64,000 nucleotides of DNA from Ramazzottius varieornatus (Eukaryota > Animalia > Tardigrada). Below the pieces are notes generated by a model. The model searched no databases. It was given only the letters and a program-made list of their open reading frames with translations, and had not been told where the DNA came from. How positions within the stretch are numbered: position 1 is the stretch's first letter; each line of letters starts with the position of its first letter. Below are positions 10,053 through 21,982 of the stretch, in pieces. The stretch is taken from assembly GCA_001949185.1 (NCBI GenBank), contig BDGG01000001.1, positions 3,675,324-3,739,323 on the forward strand, written 5' to 3'. Position numbers and translations under genes: made by a program.

Positions 10053-11462
10053 ATGGCTGACGGCGAAGCATCGACGGCGGCTGCACTGGTAAGTTGCAAG
10101 ATTGTTCCTAGGCTTAGATCAGCTTCCGGCCTTCCAAACTCGGAACTTCTTTATTCCATTCTTACAGGTTACAGGGGCCAACAAAGGTATTGGGTTCGAG
10201 ATTGTGCGCCAGCTGAGTGAACAGTATCCTGGAACGGTCTACCTTACGGGTAAAGGCATATTGTGCTATTATAAAATGATCTCTCATGTGTCCCACTTGA
10301 ACCTGTAAGAAATCAGTTAGCTAAATGGCAGATTCATTTCTTTGTTGCCGGTGCACCGGTTTCTCGTGGTCATGCATGCTTGTTGGATCTTTCCTGACGA
10401 CTGTATTTTCAGCACGAGACGAGAAACGCGGACAAGAAGCAACAAAGACTTTGCAGAATGAAGGTCGGAAGAACGTGCAGTTTCTGCGGATGGACGTCGG
10501 GGATAAGGAAAGTATCGAAGCGGCGCGCGACTTAATCAAGAAGACCCACGGTGGACTAGACATTTTGATAAATAATGCCGGCATTCTGGTTGTAAGTCTT
10601 ACTTGAAACCTCATAGAAGATGTGGCTCGCGGTTAGGAAATTGCTGATGCAGAAACGTGTTATCCAGACAGCAGGAGGAAGCTCATATCAACAGACACAG
10701 CATGCATCAGCCACCCAAGATGCTATTAGCGAAACTATCGCTACGAACTTCATCGGGTTGCTGGATGTTTGCCGAGTCATGTTCCCGATTCTTCGCCCGG
10801 GAGCTAGGTAAGAATATCTGACAATTTCCACATTATGCTTAAGAGTGACATTGCTTTACATTACAGAGTTGTGAATGTCTCGAGCAGTCTGGGCACTCTA
10901 CGCCGTTTAAAGAACCCGGAACTTATTCATAGACTCACTTCCGACTCGTTGACGGTCGAAGAGCTCGAGAAAATCATGGCTGATTACGTCAAGTAAATGC
11001 ATCTCAGATGGTAGTCCTCTGCTATTCGATGGTTTTGAAGTTCGGATGATTATTTAGGAACGGAACTGACGAGAAGCTAGGATACCCGACAGGCGGATAT
11101 GGTCCGTACGAAATGTCCAAGATCGGAGTCACAGCGCTCTCTCGTGTCCAGCAACGGGATTTCGACAAGGACCAATCCCGACCTGACATCGTGGTCAACG
11201 CGGTAAGGATATAAATCAAGGATATAACCGTCTGGGATGTATCTTGACCGTCCACGTACGTTTGGCTTTTCGATAGTGCACTCCTGGCTACGTGGCTACC
11301 GATATCAACAACCATTCCGGGCCTCGCACTGTGCAGCAAGGCGCCGACACGCCCGTCTACCTCGCCTTACTAAAGGGGAATAATATCCCAAAGGGACAGT
11401 ATCTCGTGGATCGGGAAGTACTCGATTGGGTGAAGAGCGAAGGGGAACTAAGTACCGTCTGA
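10053..11462 (+). CDS. CBR1: Carbonyl reductase [NADPH], CBR1-like short-chain dehydrogenase (multi-exon)
   Basis: ALVTGANKGIG, HGGLDILINNAGI, TNFIG, RVVNVSS, catalytic YEMSK, CTPGYVATD, GADTPVYLALL. Confidence 0.9.
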
Positions 11463-11646
11463 AAAACGTCCAGCCGTCCTTGGAAGAGGTACAGTATTGT
11501 CGTGTCTTATGACCAATGGTTCATTTTGGCTTCCATGCGCCAGCAGCTCTGGAGATTTTATGGCAGACTTTATATATTCTCGTATACTGCACGTTCTTTG
11601 AGCCGGATAAGCTGTGTGATAAAACTAGAAGAATGTTCGTAACTGT

Positions 11647-13326
11647 TCAGAACACAAAAGGAAAAATACGATACGGAACTCTGGTTCGAAATTCCTTCCA
11701 AGCATCGCCATACTTCTTCGAGCACACTTCTTCGTCTCGAATCTCACGGTGAATAAGTAAAGCAAAGAAATACCCACAGTATATAAAAGGGTAGAAGCTA
11801 TCTAAGCCACACATCAAAGTCCACGACATGGCCAGCAGAAGATCTCCGAGGTAATTTGGATGCCTTACGAAAGACCACCACCCATCACAAAGAAGGTTTT
11901 TGCCCAGCACCGATGTCGGTATTGTCTTCCACGCTATACAACAGAGATCTGGCTATAGGCTATGCAGTTGGTAGATGATAATATCACTTGAACCGTCGAA
12001 AGTACCTTTAACACGAGGGTCATTGGGAGAATTTCGGAATAAGTTCTTCTGGAGATTGCTCTGTCGGAAGATGACATACCCGACGAGATGTAGTACGATA
12101 GAGATGAAAACGAGAAGCCACGGGACGTCAGGGCGAGCAGAGACCAGGTATAACGTCTGGCTCGAGTAGAAAAAGGGAACCCAGGCCATATCACCGAATA
12201 CCAGCATGAAACCGAAACCTTCCTCAATTATGTCCTTAGTCGACAAGAGCGCTGGCTGCAAAACCAGCGGTATGAATTAACTCGTACAGACGGTAAACAG
12301 GACCTGGAACTCCGAATGTCTTCTTACCTCGTTCCACAGAGCATCTCCAACGTACCAAGCGTGGAATGCTGTGAGGAGCACCAAAGGAAGCGAGCATGAG
12401 CCAGTCGTGTGGTACTCAAAGGCGACCATACTGAGCTCCAGCATAATCTGCAGGACGAAGACTTAGAAGGCTCGTTGTTTGAAGAGACAGAAGATGCTTC
12501 GTTACCCATCCAATCAGTCCCGGCCTCAGTTCGCAAAAGTACTTCCAGTCGAACTTCCCGGTGCGCGGATTCAGTTCTCTTCCCATGAAAAAGTCGTAAA
12601 TATGATTACCTGCGCTAAAAGCAAAGATCAAGCGTAAAAGTTAGAGAATTTTCGGGGACATTCAGGAAACTTACCTGACATTCCATGCTGCGCTAGCTCG
12701 TCAGTCCGTCGAAATAGTGCTCGAATATACAGGTAAACACTCAGCGCGAAACAAAGTCCGCAAGCTACAGACGCCATTGGCCAGATGATTTCAAACAGCC
12801 GATACAGTTGAAGTCCCAAGACGAACTGAGCAATAAGCGCGACACCCGCAGTCACCACAAACGCATGGAACCCTGAAAAGGAAGTCCGCGGTCAATAAAT
12901 GAGTCCTCCACCATAATATGATGAGATTTCTGCCGATTTCCCACCATTGCATCGGTACTTAAGGCGTTGTCCCGTGCTCAGTGGAAGCCCGACGATGTCT
13001 TTGCCTAGCGGCGACAAGTACAGAACAGCTTGGAAAAGAAACCAGCCCAGAAGGCACCATAGAGCAGTCCAGCAGTCGTCGAAGAAGCCATTCAGTCGTT
13101 CGAGTATGCCGGCGAAACCGTCCTCGTTGTACTGCAAAACGTCGAACACTGGTCACGAACCTGTCGTTCCTTCGCCCTTAACGGGCAATATGAACTATCC
13201 ACTTACGCAGATTCCGAACAGGATCATAACGTTGATGGCCAACGGCAACGCTAGCATTATACCTAGAACGCCCAAAGGACCTCCGAAAGCATACTCGAAG
13301 GCGCGTTTCTCCGCCTTGGGCTCCAT
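11647..13326 (-). CDS. TM7SF2: Delta(14)-sterol reductase (TM7SF2/LBR/ERG24 family), no N-terminal Tudor domain
   Basis: [95 protein letters not shown]. Confidence 0.88.
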
Positions 13327-14066
13327 TATGGTTGCGGCTTGTCCAGAAGTTTATCGGAAAGGGAGTAACCTGAAAACACGAGCGACACGGGTAGATCGAC
13401 GGTGCCGTCAGGTACAACCGTACAGGGAGCTAACAACCGGGAGTCACCAATAATACTACAGGCTGTTACACTACAGCAAGGGCTGAATCTTACCTCAGCG
13501 ATTCTTACTTCGGAAACAACTGATGACTATCTCTGCCGTGGATACGCTACCCAGCGTGGTCTTCGATCAAAGTGCAGAGTCCATCGGACGATGACAAGAC
13601 CAGAGATCTGATACACATACTTAATTAAACAATTTGAGACTTTGAAAACTTTTGACTGCTTGGTACAATCAACAATCAAACGAACCGGTTGGAGTGAGTG
13701 AGTCAGGTGCGGTTGATTTGTTGTGATTTGATTAGTTAGCGAAAGTAGCTTGAGCTACGGTCTTAATTGCGGTCTACACTACTTTCCACAACTTACAAGT
13801 TACAAAAGTTATTTCTTCGGATTTTCTTCCTCGACCTCTTCAATTAGCGACATTTTTACCTCTTCTGGTGCTACTGCGAGCTTGCGTAGCCTGGGACCGA
13901 AGCATATCGAGTCTCCGACATCACTTGTTTTTCGGGAGCTCGCGTCGCGCTCAGTTCTGACGGCTGTATGGTATCCTTATAGAGCGGATCTGACATCGGC
14001 ACGCTCCCACTTTCACCAGATGCTCATGACGCCTCGTGTGTAGCTGTGACTCGTAGGAGAGTCGAG

Positions 14067-15647
14067 ATGGAAGGGAACAACGATGGCCCAGTAAGAGTGG
14101 ATGGACGGTGGGACGGGTGTAAAGTGAAAATATCATCTGCCATCGAACGGTTACAAAGCCGGTGGGGATTGACGCGGATTGTCTATAAATTATTGCTGAA
14201 TATACTCTAAACATATCGTCAAAGGTTCTTCCTCTGTCAAGTCGCGGTTTCTTGTTGTAGATCGGTATGGATTCCGTTCTTACTTGGTCAGGTTTGTTCC
14301 ACGTTGCTGTGTGGGACAGCCGTTACTAGCACTTACCTCATGCAAAAGGGAGTAAACTGTCCCACAGGTACATCATATAAGCTTCGACACTCACAGCTCC
14401 GATTCTGACTGAATATTTTATTTGATTAGCACAGAGTTTCCTGAATTATCTCCTCATAGGAGTCGTCTACTCCATCGCGTTCGGCTACAAGTCTAATAAG
14501 AGCTACGGATTGTCCACCGCATTCCGAGAACGCTGGTGGAAGTACCTGATCCTAGCAGTGATCGATGTAGAAGGCAACTATCTGATGGTCAAGGCTTATC
14601 ATTACACCACCTTGACCAGTGTCCAACTGCTAGACTGCACGACTATCCCCGTTGTTCTCATCCTGTCCTGCGTCGTCCTCCAGTACAGATTCCGTGCTCT
14701 GCATTACATCGGTGTGATTCTTTGCGTCGCTGGAGCTGTCGCCATGGTCTTCGGCGACCTGTTCACCAAAAAGAGCGATGAAGAAGGTAAAGTGCCTCGT
14801 GTCACTTCCGGCTGTTTCGAGCCTTGACTAAACTTCGATTTTCGACTTTTAGGGGCCAATCGCCTAATGGGGGATTTGATGGTCTTGGGCGGATCTGTAT
14901 GCTACGGATTCTCGAACGTTGCAGAAGAGTATGTGGTCAAGACGTACTCCCGGCTGGAGTACCTTTCCTTGCTGGGCATATTCGGGAGTGTGGTCAACGG
15001 TATCCAGCTGTAAGTATTGACTCAAAGGAATCTTTGTCAATATATTCTTGACGATTAGTTACGAGCTCGTGTCTTCTTTGGGTAGAGTGGCACTTGAAAA
15101 GAATGAATTAGGAAATATCAACTGGATCGACTGGGAAATCAGTAAGGCCGAAGACCTTACTGCCGGTTAGGTCGCTGAGCTTTTTACCTTATTTCTTTTC
15201 TTCGAGGTTTATACTTTGTCCTGTTCGCGATGTTCCTCTTCGCATTGTACTCATTAGTACCGTACTTGATGAGAAAGGCCGGAGCCACAATATTCAACCT
15301 TTCCATTCTGTCTGCCGATTTCTACGCGCTGGTAGTTGGTCTCACGTTGTTCCGTTATGAGGTACGTCTTCTAAATTCCGAACCCGGAAATTATGACAAA
15401 CGTTTGGTTATGATACAGCGATGATGGGCAGTTTCTAAAGCGCCGTTGTCTGTTTCAGTTTCACTACATGTATTTCATCGGCTTCATCCTCGTCGTTTCC
15501 GGTCTCATAATATACTCTATCCAGTCACCGCGTATCCACTTATCCAACGAGGTAATGCTCGACCCGGCATCTAGCAGTATTCCAGAATGGAGTACAAAAG
15601 ATGTGGTGCTGGTGAAGTACCTCGAGCTGTACGATTCAAGAAAGTAA
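14067..15647 (+). CDS. SLC35F2: Solute carrier family 35 member F1/F2-like transporter (multi-exon)
   Basis: LGQVCSTLLCGT, PTAQSFLNY, WWKYLILAVIDVEGNYLMVKAYHYTTLTSVQLLDC, SNVAEEYVV, NLSILSADFY. Confidence 0.88.
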
Positions 15648-16020
15648 AGCAGCAGAGTAGCAGCTTATTTTACCTCGGCAGCTTTGACTTTGAGTGTTAG
15701 CAGCTATGTGAAAATATTGTGATAAACTCTGTTCCGGCTTTTCCGCACCAAAGGCTTGTGATATCATTCATACCTTTATGGGCTTTTCTTGTTTCACTTT
15801 CATACTTCGTTTGTGTGACTGGCGATCGTAACTTCCGTTCCTGTACTCGTAAATTTCTTGTACATCGTTTTCAGGCTCGAATACCAGCTTCACCGGTCAC
15901 AGTTATAATATAACATACAAATACTGTATCCGTTACGAATCGACAGAACTAATGCACATTACCTACACCACCACGAGTAAAACATTTCAGAATAAAAACA
16001 AAAAGAGAGCACAGACTAAT

Positions 16021-19000
16021 TTATTTGGCGACTGTTTTACGTTTCTTAACTCCGCCAGTTGGACCACCACTTAGGTAATCATCGAAAGAAGCTTCATTCG
16101 AAGAGGGCGTCGTCGCAGTCGAAGTAGAGCTCGCGGCTTTTCTTCGATCTTTCCCACCTGCATTCCTCCCCGCTATCTTGCCAGACAGTTGCTGTACAAT
16201 GTCCAGCACGGTGGGGCTGACTGTGTCTCGTTTGAAGTACAGCGCAGCCGCGACGAAGATGAGAGGAAGGACCCACATGGTGCCAGGGGTGATCTCGGGT
16301 TCCAGCTGACGTCTGGACGCCGAGAAGGGAAGAACGATGTGGCGGAATGTAACATTGGCTGTGATTGGAACGTCGGAGGGGGAATAGATAAAGTCCTTCT
16401 TGGAGAGGGTCGACTCAAGGCGAAGGAAGTACGCTCGATTGTCGAGCGGGACTGCGTTGAGGTAAAACATGGGGTTCACGGTGAAAGACACACACTGCTG
16501 AGCTTCGTCGGGTCGATCCGCCCGATACAGACACACCTATTGATATCACAGAAAGCTTAAAGCCATGCCTATCAGAATGCTGTGCTGTTTAGTGAGAAAC
16601 GAAGACACTTTCTACCTTCAAAGTTGGCAAAAATTCTTTGGTAGTTTCGATGCGTCCAGTAAACTCTGCTTCGTTAAAACCACGGAAAGCCAGGAAGGAA
16701 AGACCAACGACGTTGTCGGTGCCCATCTTGATGGTTCGGTTTGCCGGAGAGATCCACTGGATGTCGAAGCGGCCCAACTCACCAGACTTCGTTCGAACCT
16801 CGTAATCGCAACCCGCCTGCAAAACGCAGTTGGATAACTCAGTTGCTATTGAAGGAGGATTATTCGCTTGGTACCTTTAGGCCGGAAATTCTAAAGTGTC
16901 CGTCATTTCCAGTCACACATTCTTCCTGCATTTGAGGACACGGAGGCTTGCTGACAGCTTCCATGACGAGGCCGACTTCCGGGTCGCCGCCTAACGAGCT
17001 CACTTTCCCCAAGGCGCTGTAAGCTATCCGAATACCATTCCAGCTAACCTCCGCCGTCTGGCCTTGGGTCAGAGTGATCGACTTTGAGGATGGTTCGAAC
17101 TTGTACTCTTTGACCATTGGTCGCACCACATAGTCACCTGGCGCGAACGACACGAATGAGATGGTCCCCGAAGCGTCAGTCAAGTTACTCGTCCTATAAA
17201 GAAACAACAGTTGTCATTCAAGTCTAAAAAACTCGCAAGAATTTTCAACCTGGTTTTCCTTGACCAAAACCGCAAGTTACCTGACGCCAGCTGTGCTACT
17301 GATGGAAACCAGAACTCCAGGGATAGCTGCCCCATTGGCATCCAGAGTCTGGATTCGAATCTCGGAAAGCTTGACGGTCTTGAAGTTGTTGGTACCTTTC
17401 ACCCGATGGATCTGATATCCGCGCTTTTCGACGGCTATGTCTTTCAGGGACGACCGGGCAACGGGTCCAACACTATGAAACAGACAATTATGAATGTTTC
17501 GTACATCGCCTTTCCTTTGTCCGAACATAAATAACACTTTCTAGTACAAGTGACAAAGGCAAGCATTCAGTTACCTGTAGTTCCCACTGGAATCGGTTTT
17601 TCCACGTAGGACGTCGTCTTCCGTGGTAACTGTGACGTCTGCATCAGCAACAGGTGGCACGAGGCTACCGGTGATCAGTACTCCCTTGAAAGCCTCGAGT
17701 ACCAGCGTGTTCTTTTCGCAGTTGTCTGCAAAAGCACAAGCATGTTTTCGTGTGCGAGTTTTAGCAGCCTGAGCAACTTTGACCGACTACGGTTTCAGAG
17801 CAGCATAGGCCAATTTTGTAGGCGTTCAGTCAACATACCTGTAACTGAAAGCTCGGCTTGGATGGGCTTGAACAGCAGCGTCTCAGACGATGGATAAACA
17901 GTCAAGTCTTCATTAGCGGCGAAGTACTCGAGAAAGTTGTACTGGAAGAGTTCCGGAGTGATCTGTCTCGGAGAGCCGGAAGGACTAAGGATGGACGAGG
18001 AACCATCCGAGCTTTTCCTGTAAAGGCGCAAAATGAAGCGTCTAATCTAGAAAAATGTTCATAGGAAAATATTAGTATCGATAAACCATAGAACACCAAC
18101 TTGATTCGCAGTTTGAATGACATCTTATCATCATCCGTGTTGACAGAGATATTCGTCGAGTGCGCCACCGCTTGCATGCTCAGCTTCCCCGGGTTCTCCG
18201 TGTCAAACGTGTAGCTATCCTGTTCGAACTTGTGACAGGACCTCGGCTCGATGGTGTACTGCCCCGGCTTGGGCAGGCACAGCTCCGTGAACTTGCCCTT
18301 GATTGTCGCAGTCTCCGGCGATTCACTCTTCCCTTCCCCAGCCAACTTGTAACTGATCATCGTATCATGACTACTCCAGATCTCGAAGACGTACCCAGTC
18401 TGGATAAACCCAACAGTCACACTCGGCTTCGTCACTGTCAACTCAATCGTCTTCTGTACCATGTCCCAACAGGATCTCTTCGATTGCGAATCGACGATCT
18501 TGATAACATGCATACCCAGATCCACATTCGAGAACTTGAAAAACCCCACTGCTTTGTTCTCTAAACTCTCCTCGACTTTAACAAAATTCTCCCCACTTCC
18601 GGTCAGAATGGAAACTCGAAGGTCTTTTGGGCACACATTGATACACCTGATTTGTCCGGAAACTGTTCCGAGGACTTGTTCGAAAACCAAATCGGTGATT
18701 GGAAAGTCTTTCAGTTGGATGAGTTTCTCAGCGGGAGAAAAGACTAATTTCTGTTCTTTGCTATTCTGTGGCGCGTCAAAGATCGACACTTTGTGTTCAC
18801 CAGCTTCGAGCAGTATACAAAACTTTCCATCCCGTACTACCGTATCTCTGGACATACCCGTCTTGACATCCACAGCATCAAACGACACCATTCTGTTCAA
18901 CGGTCTCAACGTGGTGACGCTACCGCACACCATCATACTTCGTGCAACGACCGGAGGAATCACAGCTTCGGTTGGCGTAATCTTCGTGTACACTGTGGGG

Positions 19001-20621
19001 AAATCGTAATACTCTTTCTGGATCTCTACTTTGTACCACCCGGTGATGGTTTTGTCCAGTTGGAACTGGCCTTTCTTGTCTGTTTTGGTAGTGAGTGTAT
19101 TGTTGATGTAGACGTCAGCACTGGCAATACCTTGACCGTTCTTGGACGTCAGAACACTACCGTAAGCAGTGAAGCCTTTCACTTCGAACAGCTTCGCGAT
19201 CTCGACTGGTTCGTGGTTGACGGTGAACTCGTGGAAGGCTGGCTCAATGTCGTACTTTGTGCTACCTCCGGCGTATTCAGGGACGAGGGTGTAGCGGGAG
19301 GATGCCAAAGACCGGAAGGTAAATTTACCGGCGGAGTCGGACTTGACCGAACAAAGCAGCGTTCCGTATTGAAGGTTACCTACTTCCGCTTGATTTTCTT
19401 TCAGTTCCGGCTTCTCACACCCCCTGACATCCTGGAAAGAAACACTTCAAAATTTTAAAGCGTTTTCCACTAACTTCCGCTTCGGCTGAAGCGTTTCAGT
19501 CTAACCGAGAACTAAATGTTCTCATAGAACTGGTGTTTCAACCTGATTTCTACATTCAGGTGTTTTACCGATGGTTTTGCGGTCTTCGAGTAGAGGAGGA
19601 ACGAAACACCGCTGATGGGTTCTCCGCTGCTCTTGACGTTTCCGGTGAGAGAATATCCGTTAACCACCAGCGACTGGTCGGGAAGCTCCACATTCTCCTG
19701 TGCGACAACGACGGAGAGCTTGGGCTGGACCAGCTGGAACTGTGAGTGTGTCGCCTCCAGGGTGTATGTCCCTGGTAGCAGCCTCTTGATCTGAAACCTG
19801 GAAAAGACCACGAAAATAATTAGGGCGGAACTCAAGCTTGGTAATTGAGTTTATTAAGTACGAAATGTCATATAAAAATTTTATATTTAAGCCTACCTTC
19901 CACCACCTTCGCTCATGGTCGAAGCAACTTCCTTGCCTTTGCTGTCAGACAATTTAATGGCGACTCCAGCAGGACCTTCGGCACTACCCGCGCTCTGGAT
20001 CCGTCCTGAACACGAAAAGCCAGCGAACCGGAAATTCAAATTTTCTTGTTTCGAGCATGGATCGTTCTTTCCATCTACGTGCAGCATCAGCTGGTCCGGC
20101 TCTGCAGGAGCACGAACACATGTTCTTTATGGAAATTTGTTTGTTACAAGGTGGGAAAACAAGTTTTCGTTTGAGGATCACGAGCTTACCAAAGGATATT
20201 CCGCTGGGCGCGTGTACCGTCAAGATGAAGTCGCCTCGCTTGTCAAAAATCGGTACCTCGTAATTGCCATTGTTCGCGGAGCATCCAGTTTGATACTTCA
20301 GATTCCCATGTTTATCCAGTAGATGAACCTGCATTGAACAGACGGCATCTACATCAATCTAGTGAACCGAGTGAATTCCTATACCGCAACAGGCTCGCGG
20401 TCTCAGAGTTTTCAACTCCAATGCTGTCTCGCATTCCAGCTGGTACCAACGACGCCGTAGGACAGTCTTACCTCGATTTTGCTGTAGTCCAAAGAATACT
20501 CCGACTGGACAAAGCCTCCACAAATAACCGTATCTGAATCTTGCGCAGCACTAGGGTAGCCGGAAACGATGTATGCAAGTACGGCAACGAATGCAGAGAC
20601 ACGATCCAACTGGCTGTGCAT
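16021..20621 (-). CDS. NOMO1: Nodal modulator (NOMO)-like type I ER membrane protein (multi-exon)
   Basis: Signal peptide then ICGGFVQSEYSLDYSKIEVHL, KYQTGCSANNGNY, repeated prealbumin-like beta domains, VVRPMVKEYKFEP, C-terminal TM (MWVLPLIFVAAALYF) and KKRK tail. Confidence 0.9.
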
Positions 20622-21982
20622 TGCGAGCTCTGTAAAGCTCCCAGGCGGCGTCAACTCCACTCTCGTCTCTCCACAGTCCTACGAGCGCTCACCTGAAAGA
20701 GACAGCAACTATGGGATCCGGGAAGTTCGAGAAGAAAAAAAGGAGCAGGAGACAAAAGTAATGGACATGCACATAAAGCTGTGGAATTCAAGCCGCTATG
20801 TTCCGCACGAAGCAATCAACCAAAGTAAAATCAAGCGCACGCACTATGAGGAAAAACGATGTGACGTCACTGCAGATAAGACTGTGCATAGTATGACAAT
20901 AGTATGCTTCCAGCCAGTGGGCAGTAGAATTTTGGAGGTTCCTGAGATCTGAGCTCGAGTCTGCAAAGCATTGTGCTCCTGGCTAACTTATGTGTTGCAT
21001 TCCCGTTCTAGCCATCAAATGGGATCTGCAGAATGGCGAACATGGCGGCTGGCAAGGAAAAGGGAAAAAGCTCGTATGCGGGAGACCACTGGTGCAAGAA
21101 GATGCTCATCCCTTCGGAGATTTATCTTCGGGCAAAGAACATGAGCAGGAAAACTGCGCGGATCCCTGCTCGTAAGTACCACTTCCGCTGACATTATGCG
21201 TGGAAAGGAGATCGCTTTCTTCGTAATGCTTGATCTTCGTCTTTGGGTTGCGTTCCCCAGGTTGATGCCGGGAACGGAAAGCAAGGTACATTTCAATGTA
21301 AATATGCATTACAGCGAGGCCAAGAAAGACGAAGCGATACACGGGGGCGCCGGAGGACATTAGAAGTTCAATTATAAACACGGAGACAGTAAAGATTCCG
21401 TTTCATGAAAGACCGTTTCCATGAGTGCACCCATACAACACGCGTGTATTCAAGACTTCCGCATAACGGTCTGTAGTAACACTTCAGGATTAAATACTGT
21501 CTTTTGTGACCACACTCTTTATTCTACCTTCTTTTATGGTTCAGATACGCAAGGTGAATAAGAGCGTAATTCCCCATGACGAAAAAACAGTTTATGGTAG
21601 TGGTCGTGACTTGCAGGTGTAGGAAATCGTGCTTCATCAGCAGGTATATGGGGTTTGGTGCGTATTGAATACCAGTTTACGTAAAAGAAGGTGATGGTAT
21701 TTTGTTGTAGTAAACACCACCCATCGTTCGACGTGGACCTGACAATGGACCACTCGGAAGAGCTCCATTCAGCGACCGCAGTCATATCCATATGCTGCAA
21801 CGAACGCCGCTGCCAAGAATGCAGCTCGTCGAAAAGCCAGGTAGGTTGGTTTGTTATCGGATGACCGTAGTTTTCAGTATTCTCGCATGGCTCTTCGCGA
21901 CAAAACACTGCTACTTATTACATTAAAACACCGCTGCTGCTCGTTTAGCCGCGTGTTTGCTACGTTGTAAACCGTCACCACA

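Noticed and set aside
21032-21840. Upstream exon-like segments as coding exons of the Slo gene
   Set aside because: There is an in-frame stop just before ATG 21983; these are more likely 5' UTR exons or uORFs.
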